DNA of 63,397 bases, counting the filler, from Barthelona sp. PAP020 (Eukaryota), in the NCBI GenBank assembly GCA_040182905.1. It is 47 parts of 47 records of this genome, joined end to end, with 100 filler letters (N's around TTAATTAATTAA, not from the genome) between each part and the next. Parts side by side here need not be neighbours in the genome. Positions count along the whole stretch, not along the records: positions 59,829 to 60,958 come from JARQWU010001012.1; positions 61,059 to 62,178 come from JARQWU010001013.1; positions 62,279 to 63,397 come from JARQWU010001014.1; 44 more parts are not named here. One strand, written 5' to 3'. Within the stretch, counting starts at the first letter, position 1. The number at the start of each line of letters is the position of its first letter. Below the pieces are notes generated by a model that worked only from the letters and a program-made list of their open reading frames with translations, was not told where the DNA came from and ran no database searches. Positions 60,157-63,397 of the stretch are shown piece after piece. A program made the translations under genes and the position numbers.

Positions 60157-61058
60157 AATTTCTATTAAAAAGAAAGAGGAATAGCTTCTTGGAAGTGAGT
60201 CAAAAAAATTGTATGGAAATTTATTCCAGTCAAAATTTTCACATTTAAATTAAAATTTGGTTAAATATTCAATAAATTCCTCTATTGTCAAACATGACCT
60301 TCATTTTCAAGAAAAAGAATAGAAGGAGAATTTGCAAATTGTTGAGCAGCCAAGCATTTCCCATAAATAATTTTTAAACTTTTCAATAATAATATTGCTT
60401 TCTCTCAACAGTACTCAATACAGTGAACAAAAAACAATAAAAATTTCCCCTTTTTTGAAGGAAATTTATTCTTTTCAAACTCAACAATTTACTTTTCCTT
60501 GATAAGTCTTTCAATACTGATCAAAGCATTTGTGAAGTTTATTGAGGAATGGTATATAGTAACAATTTTTGTTTAAAATCTTGAATCATCAATCACAAAA
60601 GACACTTTTTCACCAACAAATAATGAAAAAAAAAAAAAGAAGAGATTTATACAAGATGATTGCTCTTTTTGGTACGCTTTCTGTTGATACAAGTTGTTGA
60701 CAATTCCTCATTAAAAGGCAAATGTTTAACACAGAGTATAAAAACAAACAACATCTAAAAAATAAAACGGCTGTTTCAAGCAAGTGGTTTCATTTGGAAA
60801 CACTTTAAACCTGTAATTGCAATATGTTGTGATATTGATCACCAATGTTCCAGTTTTTTATTTTATTGTGCTACAAAAACGACTATGTATAAATAGGAGA
60901 AAATACAAGAGCGAACTCAAAAGGAACATTTGGAAAACACGACACATAAACACACACANNNNNNNNNNNNNNNNNNNNNNNNNNNNNNNNNNNNNNNNNN
61001 NNTTAATTAATTAANNNNNNNNNNNNNNNNNNNNNNNNNNNNNNNNNNNNNNNNNNNN

Positions 61059-62178
61059 ATAACAACTAATATACAATGGAGAACGACCACCATCTTTATC
61101 ACATTGATTAACATCAACTCTATGATCATCTAAGAGCATTTTGGCAACATCAAGATGACCTTCATGACAACTAACGAACAATAGAGAGCGACCATCTTTA
61201 TCACATTGATTAACATCAAATCCATAATCCTCCAAGAGCATTTTGGCAACATCAAGATGACCTTCATGACAACTAATATACAATGGAGACCAACCATCTT
61301 CATCACATTGATTAACATCAACCCCATGATTCAACAACATCTTTACAATATCAAAATAGCCCTTAAAACAACTGATATACAACGGTGAAACTCCATTAAT
61401 CTTGCATTTGTTGACGTCAGCTCCCCTATTCAAAAGAGCTCGAACCACATCAACATGCCCATTTTCACAACTAGAAAACAACGAAGAAGCCCCAGTATTC
61501 TTGCAAAAATTGATATCAACCTCAAAATCCAACAATATCTCAACAATATCACTGTGCCCACAAGAAGAAGCATCCCAAAGAACAGTTTCACCCTCATTTC
61601 CAACCTTTATCCATTGTTTAACAACTTCCAATTTTCCATCACGCACACTGTGATATATCGTATCTGTATTGCAATATTCTGAAAAATTATCTGGAACAAT
61701 AACTTCATACAATCTATGTTTCACATAAGAATCACAAATAATGAACTCAAGTTTTTTCTTTTCTTCCCCGGTATTTTCATCCAAGTTGTGTTTCTTAAAA
61801 TAATTACAAACAAGGAGAGAAACACATTTTTTCAAGTCATCAATCAATCCACCAAAATGCTCAACTATTTCTGAAAACATTGGTCTTTTATCGGGATCAC
61901 GATTAAAACACTGAGATATAAAATTATATCCAATGGCTAATTCTAATTCTTCATGTTTAAAAGGCAATTCACCCTTATTTAATTTTAGAGGAATTATAAG
62001 ATCAGAAATTCCTTCAAAAGGCTTGAATATTGTCATCACTTCAAAGTATGTTGTTGCAAATGCCCAGCAATCAATACTAGGATGAGCAAAAATTTCATTG
62101 TTTACCAATTCAGGAGGCATATAACAAATGGTTCCTGTCTTAGACATCCTACTGTTTCTTTCAAAAGAACGAACAAGA
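61059..62178 (-). CDS. Protein kinase domain fused to a family N-cap and ankyrin repeats, partial
   Basis: GTICYMPPE, DCWAF and DPDKRPMF kinase C-lobe; VIVPDNF..DGKLEVVKQWIK N-cap; ankyrin repeats. Confidence 0.88.
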
Positions 62179-62278
62179 NNNNNNNNNNNNNNNNNNNNNN
62201 NNNNNNNNNNNNNNNNNNNNNNTTAATTAATTAANNNNNNNNNNNNNNNNNNNNNNNNNNNNNNNNNNNNNNNNNNNN

Positions 62279-62443
62279 ATGTGCAAGGATGTCATGAAGC
62301 ACAGAGAATTACGTGGTCTTACTGCTGCTGGTAAGAAGTCTCGTGGTATTACCAAGAAGGGTCGTGGTACTATTAAGTTACGTCCTTCACGTCGTGCTAC
62401 TTGGAAGAGACTCAACACCACCAAGTTCTGGCGTTATAGATAA
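62279..62443 (+). CDS. RPL15: 60S ribosomal protein L15, 3' end
   Basis: [28 protein letters not shown]. Confidence 0.93.
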   Translation: MCKDVMKHRELRGLTAAGKKSRGITKKGRGTIKLRPSRRATWKRLNTTKFWRYR

Positions 62444-62926
62444 TCAAATTGAATATTTGGTTGATTTCTCATTGATAAATAAATTTTGTCGAGTTTTTTA
62501 TTCCTTTTAAAGAAAAAGAATCCTTGTTTTTGAGAAACAATGGTATGTTTATCTTGAAATGGAACTGCAAAACATATTTTTCTCAATAATTTCCACTAAT
62601 GTGTTTAGCAAATTCATCTTACAAGCAATTAATTTAATTCAAAGCTTACTTCACCACACGCAAACATAGTTCCGAGTTTATGATATGGATGTTCACAATT
62701 CGTGTCAAAATTTTAGATGAAAAAAGGTCATGAGTGAATTTTATCTAATTTCAGGTCTATGCTTTGATTTTTTAGAATCACAGTTTGAAGTTAATGGAAA
62801 CGATTAATTGCCCTGCAAATTTAAAATGAATTGTAAAAAAAATTGTGAAAAGCATTCAAAAAGCAAACAAAACAAAAGTTGTGTCAATTTTCGGTCTTTT
62901 TTGAACCATTTGAAAATCCTTTTAAA

Positions 62927-63397
62927 ATGAACATGAATGCAATTTCCCAATTATTGGGAGGTTCTCGAAAACCAGAAAATGAAGAACAAACAGATACTGC
63001 CGAAACTATTCATATAAGTTCATTAGCTTTAGTTAAAATGCTTAATCATTGTCGTTCCGGTATTCCTTTAGAAGTTATGGGATTAATGTTGGGAGAATTT
63101 GTTGATCCTTTCACAATTATTGTCGCTGATGTTTTTGCCATGCCACAAACAGGAACTGGATACTCAGTTGAGGCACATGATGAAGTTTTTCAAAGTGAAA
63201 TGCTTGGTATGCTTACGAGGGTTGGCAGAACTGAAAGTGTTGTTGGATGGTATCATAGTCATCCTGGTTTTGGATGTTGGTTGTCGTCTATTGATCAAAT
63301 GACTCAGTCAAGTTTTGAAAAGCTTGATCCAAGAGCTGTGGCTGTTGTTGTTGATCCCATTCAATCGGTTCGTGGAAAGGTTGTTATTGATGCCTTT
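62927..63397 (+). CDS. RPN11: 26S proteasome deubiquitinase Rpn11, 3' partial
   Basis: [27 protein letters not shown] and [16 protein letters not shown] motifs. Confidence 0.96.
   Translation, partial: MNMNAISQLLGGSRKPENEEQTDTAETIHISSLALVKMLNHCRSGIPLEVMGLMLGEFVDPFTIIVADVFAMPQTGTGYSVEAHDEVFQSEMLGMLTRVGRTESVVGWYHSHPGFGCWLSSIDQMTQSSFEKLDPRAVAVVVDPIQSVRGKVVIDAF

Overview
This is not a contiguous locus. It is 47 short contigs (about 1.4 kb falling to 1.1 kb, sorted by length) joined by an artificial N44-TTAATTAATTAA-N44 spacer. They come from an AT-rich, flagellated eukaryotic protist (CFAP45, CFAP53, MNS1), probably anaerobic (PPi-type PEP carboxykinase). It uses the standard code and has tiny 34-39 nt introns with CTAAC next to the 3' splice site. 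Housekeeping genes include cyclophilin, SHMT, SSRP1, eIF4A, enolase, PABP, DBP6-like, BET3, URM1, GOT1, RPL15 and RPN11. Accessory DNA is dominated by a DARPin-like ankyrin family with constant caps and variable internal repeats, WD40 genes, decayed CRE-like retrotransposon pieces and three dispersed hairpin-bearing repeat families. The most notable observations are: (1) ankyrin genes appear packaged between the two ends of a hairpin-ended non-autonomous element; (2) an unnamed C-terminal domain is shared by ankyrin and WD40-like proteins; (3) a 124-nt tRNA-like RNA has a rebuilt anticodon arm; (4) a B-box-like GGATCGAGTC lies 28-29 nt downstream of all three tRNA-type genes; (5) GOT1 has an apparent GT-TG intron; (6) there are bacterial-type DUF2589 and NRPS genes. 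All calls come from reading the sequence by eye; no searches were run.
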